A stretch of 62,836 nucleotides of DNA, the filler included, from Octopus bimaculoides (lineage: Eukaryota), in assembly GCF_001194135.2 (NCBI RefSeq). It is 4 parts of 3 records of this genome, joined end to end, with 100 filler letters (N's around TTAATTAATTAA, not from the genome) between each part and the next. Parts side by side here need not be neighbours in the genome. Positions count along the whole stretch, not along the records: positions 30,479 to 54,046 come from NC_069002.1; 3 more parts are not named here. One strand, given 5' to 3'. Below are positions 39,117 to 51,458 of the stretch, piece after piece. The position numbers and the translations under genes were made by a program. Within the stretch, counting starts at the first letter, position 1; every line of letters starts with the position of its first letter. The notes below the pieces were generated by a model. It was not told the origin of the DNA. It ran no database searches and worked only from the letters and a program-made list of their open reading frames with translations.

Positions 39117-39520
39117 CATTTGACTGCTGCCATGCTGGAGCACCGCCTTAACGATGTTAGTTGGAGAAATCGCCCCCAGGACTTATTCTCTATAAGCCTA
39201 ATACTTATTCCATAGGATATATTTTGCCGAACCGCTAAGTTACGGGGACATAAAAACACAAGCATCGGTTGTCAAACGATGGCGGGGGGGGGGGCAAACA
39301 CACACAAATATATATATATGTATGTATATATATATATATATATATATGTGTGTATGTATACGACGGGCTTCTAGTTTCCGTCTACCAAAATCCACTCACA
39401 AGGCTTTGGTCGGTTCGATGCTATAGTAGAAGACACTTGCCCAAGGTGCCTTGCAGTGGGACTGAACCCGGAGCCATGTGGTTGGCAAGCAAGCTTCTTA
39501 CCACACAGCTACGCCTGCAC
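39117..39520 (-). mobile_element. SINE family A, full length, inverted relative to the preceding copy
   Basis: Reverse complement of both halves. Confidence 0.85.
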
Positions 39521-39739
39521 CTAAATATTTAATATACGCAATTTACAAAAGAGCTACTTATAGTTTCATGCATTAGAGGTACAATAATTTGGCAGATTTC
39601 TGTATGCCTAAAGCATGAAACTATTTGTAACTACTCGTTTGTAAATAGTGTATATTATGTGATATTTATCGCTTACTGGATGGAGTACTTTTTTGTTGAT
39701 CCTACCGTTAACAGAACTCTATACTCTATATATATATAC

Positions 39740-39833
<94 letters not shown>

Positions 39834-40003
39834 TTAGCATCTCATATGTCAAGTTAAGACTGTATGTCTCTTATTTCTCTCCCCACCCCCATTCTACTAT
39901 CAATTTCTCTAACAAGCTGAATGTGACTGAACTAGAGTCGCAACATACCAATTCCGCAGACTCACCGCTTCCGTTGTAGTATTTGAATGCTGTTCATTCG
40001 TTG

Positions 40004-40042
<39 letters not shown>

Positions 40043-40299
40043 AGTTAAGTGTAAACATTATTTCGTATCTCCTCCCTTCATGCCCTCTCCCCTCGCTGAC
40101 ATTTGAATAATGGAGTGTTTATATTTTAATCTTTCAAACATGCGAAACATTTAATTAACAGGGCAGAAGACCATTCTTCATTGCCGCCCCCACTCCACCC
40201 CACCCCATTTTTTTCTGTTTTTCTTACTCAAACTGTGTTCTGCAAACTTAATTCCCATGTCGTTGCAGTATCCTAGCTAGGTTTGTTTGTTTTCTTTTA

Positions 40300-40686
40300 G
40301 CCATATCGTTTATCTTGAATACGTTTCGGTCATTGCACTGCGGCCATGCTGGGGCATCGCCTTCAAAAATTTTAACCGAATGAATCGAACCCAGTACTTT
40401 TTTAAGCCGGGTACTTAGTCTATCGGTCTCTTTTGTCGAACCGGGGGCGTAAACAAACCAACAACGTTATCAAGAGGTTGTGGGGGACAGACATACGTAC
40501 AAACAGACAGATATACGCACAGACATACAAGCAACTTTTAGTCTTCGTCCACCAAATCCACTTACAAGGCTTTGGTTATCCTCGGGCTATAATGGAAGAC
40601 ACTTTCCCAAAGTGCGATGCAATGGGACTGAACCCAGCCAAGATCATGTGGTTGGGAAGCAAGCGTCTTACCACACGGCCACGCCT
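40300..40686 (-). mobile_element. SINE family A, diverged
   Basis: GGCCATGCTGGGGCA...CCACCAAATCCACTTACAAGGC...GGGACTGAACCC. Confidence 0.8.
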
Positions 40687-40934
40687 AAAAATTCTTTCTG
40701 CTGATAATGAAGCTCTTGGTCATTTGTACTTGTTGAGGACAAACAGACGCTGCACTCATTTCTTGTCAGCTTTGAAGAATATAGTTCCTCGCATAATATT
40801 TCTCTGTGAGGCGTGAAAGCTGTGGGGGTTGAGAAACTCGCTCTGCATTCTCGTAGTTTCGGTTTCAAAATAAAGCGCGGCACCTCGACCTTTCACCTCT
40901 ACGGAGCCGATGAGAACAAGTAACAGTCTTGTGC

Positions 40935-41530
40935 CTAAATTTAAAACAATTGGCAGCGAGCTGGCAGAATCGTTAGCACGCCGGACGAAATGCTTCGCAG
41001 TATTTCGACCGTCGCTGCGTTTTGAGTTCAAATTCCGCCGAGGTCGACTTTGCCTTTCATCTTTTCGGGGTCGATAAATTAAGTACCAGTGAAACACTGG
41101 GGTCGATGTAATTGACTTATCTCCTTCCCCAAAGAGCTGCATTTGTGGCAAACTTTGAAATCATTGTTATTATGATTATTAAGAAGTCGGCGAGCTGGCA
41201 GAATCGTTAGCACGCTGGGCGAAATGCTTAGCGGTATTTCGTCTGCTGTGACGTTCTGAGTTCAAATTCCGCCGAGGTCGACTTTGCCTTTCATCCTTTC
41301 GGGGTCGATAAATTAAGTACCAGTTACGCACTGGGGTCGATGTAATCGACTTAACCCCTTTGTCTGTCCTTGTTTGTCCCCTCTATGTTTAGCCCCTTGT
41401 GGGCAATAAAGAAATAGGTATTTCATCGGCCGTTACGACTTTGCCTTCGATAAATTAAGTACCAGTTGAACACTGGGGTCAATGTAATCGACTAGCACCC
41501 TCCCCCGAAGTTCCTAGCCTCGTGCCTATA
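40935..41530 (+). mobile_element. Cluster of SINE family B copies (two near full length plus a fragment)
   Basis: GGCGAGCTGGCAGAATCGTTAGCACG...GGGGTCGATAAATTAAGTACCAG repeated. Confidence 0.9.
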
Positions 41531-42330
41531 TTAGAAAGAATATTATTTAGCTAATGCGTTGAGTATTTATTTTGATGTTTGTGTGCGTAGATACATATAG
41601 ACATTGCTATCTAAATAAATTCGCAGCTAATTCAATCCAACGTTATATATTACGAAAGTTCTGGCCGAGTCCGTTTTACACACAGACATTTAGCAGCTTA
41701 ATGATTCCTTTTATGTTCTTTAGCCACTGGTCAGACTATTACTAGTAAACGTACGATCAAAGGCGTCCCAGCTCAGATCATTATTTTTTTTTATTGAAAC
41801 AGAGCGTGTTTAAGACAGTAGGATGTAATTTTATAGAAATTTCGATGACGTTTCTAGAAGGCGAATATTTAACGTTGGCTCAAAACTAATTCGCTTTTAT
41901 CCAATGGCAGCTATCAATGAAACACTCAAATCGGGATAAGAAAATTCACGAATTGGATGTAATGGAGGCTACATATTTCTTCCGATTATTTAACAGAATG
42001 GAAAGGAAAATGTAGAGCTATCGCAGTCGCACGAGTTAATTCCTTAAGCTAGGATAGATTTAAAAAATGTACATTTTCTCCTTCTCGCGTATATACTACA
42101 TATAATACACCCACAATATATATTGTATATATACATTTATATTATGCATATCATTCACACATATATATTATATATAAATGAAATGCGTATATAATATATA
42201 TAGAGATAATTTATGTATTTACACTTTACACGAATATATATGCACATAATACATTTATACATGTGTATATGTGCGTATATACATATATGTGTGTATGTAC
42301 ATATGTGTATGTATATATGTGTGTGTGTAC

Positions 42331-42375
<45 letters not shown>

Positions 42376-42855
42376 CACACACACACACACACACATATAA
42401 ATGCATGTGTGTAAGAGAAAGAGACATAGGTAAAGAAATGAGGAGGTGGAGAGAGAGAGAGAGAGAGAGAGAGTAAGTGAGAGAGAAGGAAAGAGCGGAA
42501 TAGGGAGAGAAAGAAGAGAGAAGCAGACTTATAGATGGGCTAATGTAAGCTAGACAGGATGTGTCCTTTCTGAGCGAACGTTCACGATGACATTTATTAT
42601 GTAGAAGCAGAGAAATTTACTTTCAAATCTGTTGAATTATCTATTTTTGTAGTGCACTGTATGTCGAAAGGTTATAATGAATCGATAAGTCTGCGTCTCT
42701 AATCTACACAACAACTATTATTTTGTTTGTATACATCAAATGAATCTCAAACTATGTGCACTCCTCTGTTTACACCAATTTGAATATTTTTGCCTTGATC
42801 TCTTCCACTTTGAGATTAACTGCTCGTTTTGTCCGATTTCTTAGTTAATTTCATT

Positions 42856-43132
42856 CATTCGAGTGGCTACTTTTACGTGTGGCGGGTCGCCGTTGGTCAA
42901 GGCTAACTATTCATCACCCTGTGTATGTACAGACTTGGCTAAGTTTGTTCTTAGGAAGGCTGGCAGTTGCTCAAACACACGAGTCTCCCCTCATTCGAGT
43001 AGCTCTTTTTACACATGTCGGCTCGCCGTCGGTCAAAGCTAATTGTTCATCACCCTCTGTTTGTACGGATCAGGTTAAGATTGTTTGTAGGGAGGCTGGA
43101 AGTTGTCCAAACATTCGAGTCTCCCTTCATTC
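42856..43132. repeat. Diverged tandem duplication, 2 x 136 bp
   Basis: CATTC anchors at 42856, 42992 and 43128; shared GGTCAA.GCTAA.T.TTCATCACCCT.TGT and GGCTGG.AGTTG.CAAACA..CGAGTCTCCC. Confidence 0.85.
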
Positions 43133-44067
43133 ATGTCGTCAATGTTTATCTAGTAGAAAAGCCGGGGACTTGGGCTTAGAGATCTTAGTAACAGTGTCAT
43201 CGGGCGATTTAACTGTCAGAACCCTAAAACCTAGAATACTGCTGCCCTCCGGCAAAGCACACTCAGTCGACTTACTGCGTTTTGTCGGAGAACGGATATT
43301 TGAATTCCTTGGACCATTTCTCATACATTCTAAAGAAACGTTCTTGGAATTTTTTCAAAATTTCATAATAAGCTACCTATGAGACAAACNNNNNNNNNNN
43401 NNNNNNNNNNNNNNNNNNNNNNNNNNNNNNNNNNNNNNNNNNNNNNNNNNNNNNNNNNNNNNNNNNNNNNNNNNNNNNNNNNNNNNNNNNNNNNNNNNNN
43501 NNNNNNNNNNNNNNNNNNNNNNNNNNNNNNNNNNNNNNNNNNNNNNNNNNNNNNNNNNNNNNNNNNNNNNNNNNNNNNNNNNNNNNNNNNNNNNNNNNNN
43601 NNNNNNNNNNNNNNNNNNNNNNNNNNNNNNNNNNNNNNNNNNNNNNNNNNNNNNNNNNNNNNNNNNNNNNNNNNNNNNNNNNNNNNNNNNNNNNNNNNNN
43701 NNNNNNNNNNNNNNNNNNNNNNNNNNNNNNNNNNNNNNNNNNNNNNNNNNNNNNNNNNNNNNNNNNNNNNNNNNNNNNNNNNNNNNNNNNNNNNNNNNNN
43801 NNNNNNNNNNNNNNNNNNNNNNNNNNNNNNNNNNNNNNNNNNNNNNNNNNNNNNNNNNNNNNNNNNNNNNNNNNNNNNNNNNNNNNNNNNNNNNNNNNNN
43901 NNNNNNNNNNNNNNNNCACGTTAGTGGTCAACGTTATTTTTTTTAAATGTACCTTAATCCCCTGAGATTACAGATACTATTTCTGAATCTCTTTGATTCT
44001 TTAGATGTGCTGGCCTCCTGATAATTAATCGATATTAATTAATATATGATTAATTACCAGATTTTAT

Positions 44068-44097
<30 letters not shown>

Positions 44098-44098
<1 letters not shown>

Positions 44099-44530
44099 AT
44101 GTTTGTGTGTCTTTGTCCTCCCACCATCACTTGGCAACCAATGTTGGTAGGTTTGCGTTCCCGTAACTTAGCGGTTCAGCAAAAGGGACCGATAGAATAA
44201 GTACCAGGCTTACAGAGAATAAGTCCTAGGGTCGATTTCTTCGACTAACACCCTTTAAGGTGGTGCTCCAGCATGGTCGCAGTCAAATGACAAAAGAATA
44301 TATATATATATATACTTACATATAAGAGACTAGAGAGAAAGAGAGAGAAATTTGTGTGTGCGTGTGTGTGTTGATTGTTTAGGTTCATTGTAACTTAGCG
44401 ATTCGGCTAGAAGAAACCAATACAATCTTGACTTAAAATTAAGTACTGTGGTGGACTTGCATGACAAAATACTTCAAGGTGGTACCTCAATATAACCGCC
44501 CTCCCAATGAGTAAAACAAGTGAAAGAATA
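44098..44530 (+). mobile_element. Two SINE family A right halves (the second highly decayed)
   Basis: CCCGTAACTTAGCGGTTC...GGTGCTCCAGCATGG; a second copy TGTAACTTAGCGATTCGG follows. Confidence 0.75.
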
Positions 44531-44540
44531 CAAGTATGAA

Positions 44541-44592
<52 letters not shown>

Positions 44593-45246
44593 TTCATATA
44601 TCTTCCAGATTTGTTGAATGACTTTCTCACACATCCATGGAGAAGAACAACCACCATTCACATCACAACAACAGCTCACACGACCGGAATTCCTCCCAAT
44701 TAGCTGTTACATGCAGTATACACACCCACTAACAAGCAAAGCACGTATTCACAGCGCTTCACATCCTCCCACACACACAAACCCTACCTCGGACTCACCG
44801 TCACGTCATCCTGCTTAAAAACACTGCGACATCCTCCTGCGCGGCGGCACACTGTCTCCTCTGCTGAGACAGTCGATATTAATTTTGACAACAGGAGGCT
44901 TCTTGTGTGGTATCAAACAAGAGAATAGGATCATCTTCCCAGATCCACTGCGTGCTTTTTGGATTAAGATATTACAGCTTTTAATATTCATCGCTTGGCT
45001 TTTCACAAACCAGTATCCCGTTTTTTTTTGTTGTTTTTTTTTTTTACTTTCATAACCACCTTCCTCCTAAACAAGACATCTTTTCTTTTTATCTTTTTCA
45101 TCCTTTTCTTGTTTTAGTCATTTAACTGCGGCCTAATTATTCTTCTCGTTTCTATATCGAACGGCTATGTCATGGAGACATAAACAAAAGCAACACCAGT
45201 TGTCAAACGCTGGTAGGACACACACACACACACACATATATATATA

Positions 45247-45674
45247 GGTGATTAAAGTCAAAATAAGCAACAAGGATATCCAAAGTTAATGCAGTACGAT
45301 CGTTTCATGCGACTCCATTTATTTAAGCAATGTGAAAATTACATCAAATGTAAAATGCAGAGCAATCCTCAGCTGCACAAAAATATAGAAATTTAATGAA
45401 ATTACATTTAAACAGAAGGACATATTTTTATAACTACATCTAAAGTCTCCAAGTAGAAAGGAAGAATACAAAAAAACTTAGATGTAGTTAAAAAAATATG
45501 TCCTTCTGTTTAAATGTAATTTCATTAAATTTCTATATCTTTGTGTAGCTAAGAATTGCCCTGCACTTTACATTTGATGTAATGTTCACATTGCTTAATT
45601 AAATGGAGTCGCATGAAACGATCGTACTGCATTAACCTTGGATATCCTTGTTGCTTATTTTGATTTTAATCCCC
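45247..45674. mobile_element. Foldback element / long-TIR MITE (~197-bp inverted arms, ~34-nt spacer)
   Basis: The arms are near-perfect reverse complements, e.g. AAAATAAGCAACAAGGATATCCAA / TTGGATATCCTTGTTGCTTATTTT and GCAGTACGATCGTTTCATGCGACTCCATTT / AAATGGAGTCGCATGAAACGATCGTACTGC. Confidence 0.9.
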
Positions 45675-45953
45675 TTATTTTGAAACTGTATGGATAATAC
45701 CATACTTAATTCTGGTGCCTAAACTTAAGTACCATATTCACCTGAATCTCTCTCTCTAAACGCCTGTGTTAGAATGGGGGCAGCTGATGAAGGAGATGTT
45801 CTCTATGTGGCCTATGTGTTTTCTGTACTCGTTCATCATTTTGTCTACGCTTTGTTTGCAACGTCCTGTACCCAGATATGCATCTATATATACAGGTAGA
45901 TGTAAGTATGTACATACATGTACGTATATATGCATATACCCATTTATTATTTG

Positions 45954-45989
<36 letters not shown>

Positions 45990-46424
45990 TCGCCCAACGT
46001 TCCAATGGAACCGCGACCGTATTCATCTGAATTTTAAGCGAACTTTTTTTAACTACACAACCATGCACAGAGTAACAGACACACGTTAGAAATGTTGAAG
46101 ATACAGATGATATTCTTAGAATATTGTTATTCTTACCATTTAATCTAATAAATGATCTACTTATGATCTCACTGCGCCACTACAGTTGGTAAAGTAGAAT
46201 GGTTTCGTTCAGTTGATATTTGTGAAACAGTTGGAATTGTATGCAAAGAATCGAGTGTCTTTCATACCCACTCCTATCTGACATGTTCATAATTAATCCC
46301 AGCTAAATTACACTGAGAATTGTAAGTGGGGTGTCTTCTGTAATCATCTTAGACGGATGCCATTAAAACTGTAACTGACCTACCGTGTCGTGACGATGAA
46401 GAACAACCAGCTTATATGTGTGTA

Positions 46425-46468
<44 letters not shown>

Positions 46469-46658
46469 GTATGATAAATACAAGATGTAGTTTATATTAT
46501 ATGTTCCCTACGTATGTTTCACCCCTGTAGTTATATACATCTTCTGCAGTGGGTGCTCCAAGTGCGATTGGATGATGAACCACAACAGTTCTGCAGATGA
46601 AGGAATTATGCGTGTGGAAATATATATATTTGTAAAAATATGTGACACTTATTCGGTA

Positions 46659-46730
46659 GCCATGATAAAACTCCGAGTTTCGGATGCCGGGGTGGGAACC
46701 CACGCCTCCATCTCTTCAGTTATCTTTGGC
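46659..46730 (-). ncRNA. Type I hammerhead ribozyme
   Basis: Minus strand reads GCCAAA-GATAA-CTGAAGA-GATG..GTGGG-TT-CCCAC..CATC-C-GAAA-CTCGGAG-TT|TTATC-ATGGC. Complete core; helix I GATAA/TTATC extended by GCCA/TGGC; predicted cleavage after position 46669 (GUU). Confidence 0.8.
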
Positions 46731-47291
46731 GGCGTGGGNNNNNNNNNNNNNNNNNNNNNNNNNNNNNNNNNNNNNNNNNNNNNNNNNNNNNNNNNNNNNN
46801 NNNNNNNNNNNNNNNNNNNNNNNNNNNNNNNNNNNNNNNNNNNNNNNNNNNNNNNNNNNNNNNNNNNNNNNNNNNNNNNNNNNNNNNNNNNNNNNNNNNN
46901 NNNNNNNNNNNNNNNNNNNNNNNNNNNNNNNNNNNNNNNNNNNNNNNNNNNNNNNNNNNNNNNNNNNNNNNNNNNNNNNNNNNNNNNNNNNNNNNNNNNN
47001 NNNNNNNNNNNNNNNNNNNNNNNNNNNNNNNNNNNNNNNNNNNNNNNNNNNNNNNNNNNNNNNNNNNNNNNNNNNNNNNNNNNNNNNNNNNNNNNNNNNN
47101 NNNNNNNNNNNNNNNNNNNNNNNNNNNNNNNNNNNNNNNNNNNNNNNNNNNNNNNNNNNNNNNNNNNNNNNNNNNNNNNNNNNNNNNNNNNNNNNNNNNN
47201 NNNNNNNNNNNNNNNNNNNNNNNNNNNNNNNNNNNNNNNNNNNNNNNNNNNNNNNNNNNNNNNNNNNNNNNNNNNNNNNNNNNNNNNNNNN

Positions 47292-47575
47292 TTAGGTGGC
47301 ACCTCGGGCAAGTGACTCCGAACCGACCAACGTCTTGTGAGTAAATTTGAAAGACTTTAAGGAACCCTGTTGTTTGAGAGGTCATGTGTATGTGTGCATC
47401 TGTGCGTGCAAGTGAGTGCCATGTGTAGGCATCTTCATCCTTACACTGTTTGACAACAGGTGTTGGTTTGTTTACGTTTCCGGTACTTAGCGGTTGGGCG
47501 GAAAACAGATCGATACACTAATTATCAAACTTTTAAAAATGCTGGAATAGATTCATTCGACTAAAGCAAGGGTCT
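47292..47575 (+). mobile_element. SINE family A, decayed
   Basis: GTGGCACCTCGGGCAAGTG...GGTACTTAGCGGTTGGGC. Confidence 0.65.
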
Positions 47576-47699
47576 CTCAACCCTTTTTTTGCCAATAGAC
47601 TCTTTTGATTCCTATTTTAGTCGGGTGGACCCTCTTAACTATTCAGTTTACAAAAACGCCCTTATATTTTTTATATTATTACGAACTGTATTGAAATAT

Positions 47700-48066
47700 T
47701 CTTTTACTTGTTTCAGTCATTTGACTGCGGCCATGCTAGAGCACCGCCTTGATGGGTTTCAGTCGAACAAATCGACCCCAGGACTAATTTTTTAGGCCCA
47801 GCACTAATTCTATCGGTGTCTTTTGCCGAACCGCCAAGTTACAGGGTCATAAACACACCAACACCGGTTGTCAAGCGGTGATGAGAGACAAATACACATA
47901 GATACACACACACACACACACAACAGGCTTCTTTCAGTTTCCGTCTACGTGTTGGTCCGCCCGAGGCTATAGTAGAAGGCACTTTTCCAAGGTGCCACGC
48001 AGTGGGACTGAACCTGGAGCCTTGTGGTTGGGAAGCAATCTCCTTACCACACAGCCACGCCTGCGC
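47700..48066 (-). mobile_element. SINE family A, full length
   Basis: Both halves with an internal (CA)n. Confidence 0.85.
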
Positions 48067-49538
48067 GTATAGCTAAAACATACTGTTTATTTTATAACAA
48101 AAGCTTATATGAACACCGAAGGGTTATAAGGGACCCTGGTTGATTACCACTAGATTTAATCCCTTCAAAGCAATGTTCGAAACATGACCGCTGTTGAATG
48201 ACTGAAACAAGCCGAAAAATAAAACAATTAAACCGCTTCTGAAAGATACGCCAGTGCCATGAGAACTAACACCGACACCCGTATTTCATCTGCCGCTGCA
48301 CCAATTTGACCGCTATAGGAAGGGGATTATATCCCCCTCCCCTACACCATTTCTGTAGAAAGAGAAGGATATTTGCGTTGGTGGCCTTATACTACTCAAC
48401 AAACAAGTTTCCTTGATCGATGTGGGTTTATTCCTATTTCTTCAGCATCCCACCCTTAATGACGTAGCTGTGAATTCAGGTTCGTTTATAGACAAAACAG
48501 TAAATAACAGATTTAGAACCCCCTTAAGAGACCCTGACTGTACAAGCAGATGAAAGAAAGAAAAAGCATTGCGATGAGGGGGCAAGCAGTCATGTAGATC
48601 CGCGAAGAAAAAAAGATAAGAAAGAATCGCTAAAAATAAAAAGGTAAAAAGTATTAAAAGAAGTAAATAGATTAATGAGCGTCGTATGAATGTAGGAGAA
48701 AAGGGATGCTTGAAGTGAATGGTAACGGTATGGACTAACAGAACCATGAGCGAAGTGGGTTACTGGTAAATGTGGGTTTGGTATAAGACAAAGAACAGTA
48801 AAACAGTTAAATCTAAATAGGTAATCGCTAGCATATGCTTTACATTAGGAATATTTTGGTGAGGGCGTTAAATACACAGCGTCTACGTTTATAGCCTAAA
48901 TATATTCAGTTGCGGTAACTGTTTCGAATAACCTTAATGTTATTGCTAACCTGAAATCGTTTTAAGTATATGTGTGAAAAGTTTATTTTTGGCGATTTTT
49001 CAATAAAATGTTAGTTGACATCTAAAGCTTATAAGAAAATAAATTCACTGAGCTTCCTTGACATCTAAGTTAACTTATTGACGACTGTTGGGTAAAAGGA
49101 ATATTTCACGGTAGATGTAATTAAATCGACAACGAAAATAGAGAGAAAATGAAACAAAACGATTAAAAAGAAACGCAGTTTTCTTCTTTTAATGTTATTA
49201 TTGAATATTTGAATTATTAAGAAAGAATATTTTATAAAAGTCACATTGGGCTGTAAAAAGATTAAAAATTAAAATGTGAAAGACTTATGTGAATTTGAAG
49301 TAAAATGTGTAAAACCTCTTGAAAGCGTTATATTGAAAAGTAAACGAATTTAAAACTAAATTAAAAACTTAATTTTTTTTTTTGTTAACATTTAACTAAC
49401 CATGTGGGAATCAGTATTCTTATCCCTGCTCCGAAAGTTTTTATTTATTATTTTTATTTTCATTCTGTTTTTATGAAAATAAGACGAAGGAACGAATGAC
49501 CTGGATTTGAAAGGCATTAGATAAGATGGCAGAAGCGA

Positions 49539-49576
<38 letters not shown>

Positions 49577-50139
49577 AGGCGCAGAGAGAAAGTCTCGGTT
49601 GTAGTAGGAGCGAGAACCGAAAATAAGACTAGACTCCTGGCCAACTGTTACTTAGGGAGGGGTAAGAACCGTACTAAAAGGAATTGCATTAAATGTCGGA
49701 GAAGAAAAAAAAAAACAATGCTGGAAGAGAAAACACACGTATCGTGTGTTCTAGATACAAGGTTAGCAGCATCGCAGCATCATTTATTCTGTCTCATACG
49801 CACTTTTACTCCGCCTGTCGTTCTGTGTGTGTGCGTGTCTGTGTCGGGCTGTCTGCCCCATACCGCCGCCCCGTCTTACACTCTGGCAGTCAAAACCTCG
49901 ATGCAACATATGAACATATGTTGGGACATGGAGTGTTCTAAAAATATATGTTCTAACACTGCTGGTACAAGGTCGCAACTATTGTGAAAACAATTAAATC
50001 GACCCTAGTTAATAACTGGTATTTATTCTTTATAGATGGAATGTACGTAACTATATATATTGCAAGGATTCAAATAAATCTGTCAGCCATCACTCATTCA
50101 CACACAATATATACACGCATATCTTTTGCTTCACTCGGG

Positions 50140-50890
50140 CTACGGCCAAACTGGGGCATCGCCTTAATTTTATTCTAAGCCTGGTACATATTATATCGTT
50201 CCGATTTGCTGATCCGCTAAGTTACGGGGACGTAAGTACACCAATCCCGGTTGTCAAGCTGTGGTGGTGGACGAACATTGACACAGAACGCGCGCGTGCA
50301 CACACACACTCATATACTCTTTTACTCTTTTTACTCTTTTACTTGTTTCAGTCTTTTGACTGTGGCCATGCTAGAACACCGCCTTTTAGTCGAGCAAATC
50401 GACCCCAGGACTTATTCTTTGGAAGCCTAGTACTTATTCTATCGGTCTCTTTTGCCGAACCGGTAAGTTACGGGGACATAAACACACCAGCATCGGTTGT
50501 CAAGCGATGTTGGGGGGGGGGACAAACACAGACATACAAACACATACACACATACATATATACGACAGGCTTCTTTCAGTTTCCGTCTACCAAATCCACT
50601 CACAAGGCTTTGGTCGGCCCGAGGCTATAGTAGAAGACACTTGCCCAAGGTGCCACGCAGTGGGACTGAACCCGGGACCATGTGGTTGGTAAGCAAGCTA
50701 CTTACCACACAGCCACTCCTAGATTTATAAATGACAAGCTTCTTTCAGTTTCCATCTACCAAATCTACTCACAAGGCTTTGGTCGTCCTGAGGCTATAGC
50801 AGAAGACACTTGCGCAAAGTGCAACGCAGTGGGACTGAACCCGGAAACATGTAGTTGGTAAGCAAGCTACTTACCACACAGCTACTCCTA
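50140..50890 (-). mobile_element. SINE family A cluster: a fragment, a near-consensus full copy (50330-50718) and an extra left half (50735-50890)
   Basis: Direct homology to the other family A copies. Confidence 0.9.
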
Positions 50891-51236
50891 TGTATATATA
50901 AATAATCATTCCCGATATTTTCCCAGCCCAGTGCTGCTGAGAGGATCATGAGGTACAGTCCTCGGGTACTTTCTCAAATGTGTATGTGCGCTCGTGGTTT
51001 TGTTTGTTTTGGCCTAGAAAGTAAAAGTTGCCATTAAAGTCTGCAGAACCTAAAACGCGCGTGTGGTCAATAGGAATGCTAAGCCTTATCTAAACATACC
51101 GCACAGCCAGTCATGTTTGGCCAAATATACACATCAAAGGATCAGAAAAAAAGGCGACTGATACCAATTTCTAATCTTGCTTACGCAATACGCCCACACA
51201 TGTACGGAGACGCATGTACGGAATATACACGTGTAG

Positions 51237-51409
51237 GCGTGTGTGTGTGGCTATGTGGTAAGAAGCTAGCTTCCCAGCCTCATGGTTCTGGGTTCGGTCT
51301 CACTGCGTGGCACCTTGGGCAAGTGTCTTCTACTACAGCCTCGGGCCGACCAAAGCTTTTGGATGGATTTGATAGACGGAAACTGAAAGAAGACTATCGT
51401 CTATGTATG

Positions 51410-51458
<49 letters not shown>

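Noticed and set aside
42879-43382. 167-aa plus-strand ORF
   Set aside because: Spans the 136-bp tandem duplication, uses a non-ATG start and shows no recognisable domain.
45784-45830. CTGATGAAGGAGA…TCTC, possible hammerhead 5' half
   Set aside because: No GAAA, helix III or cleavage site follows; it may be a PLE relic but cannot be supported.
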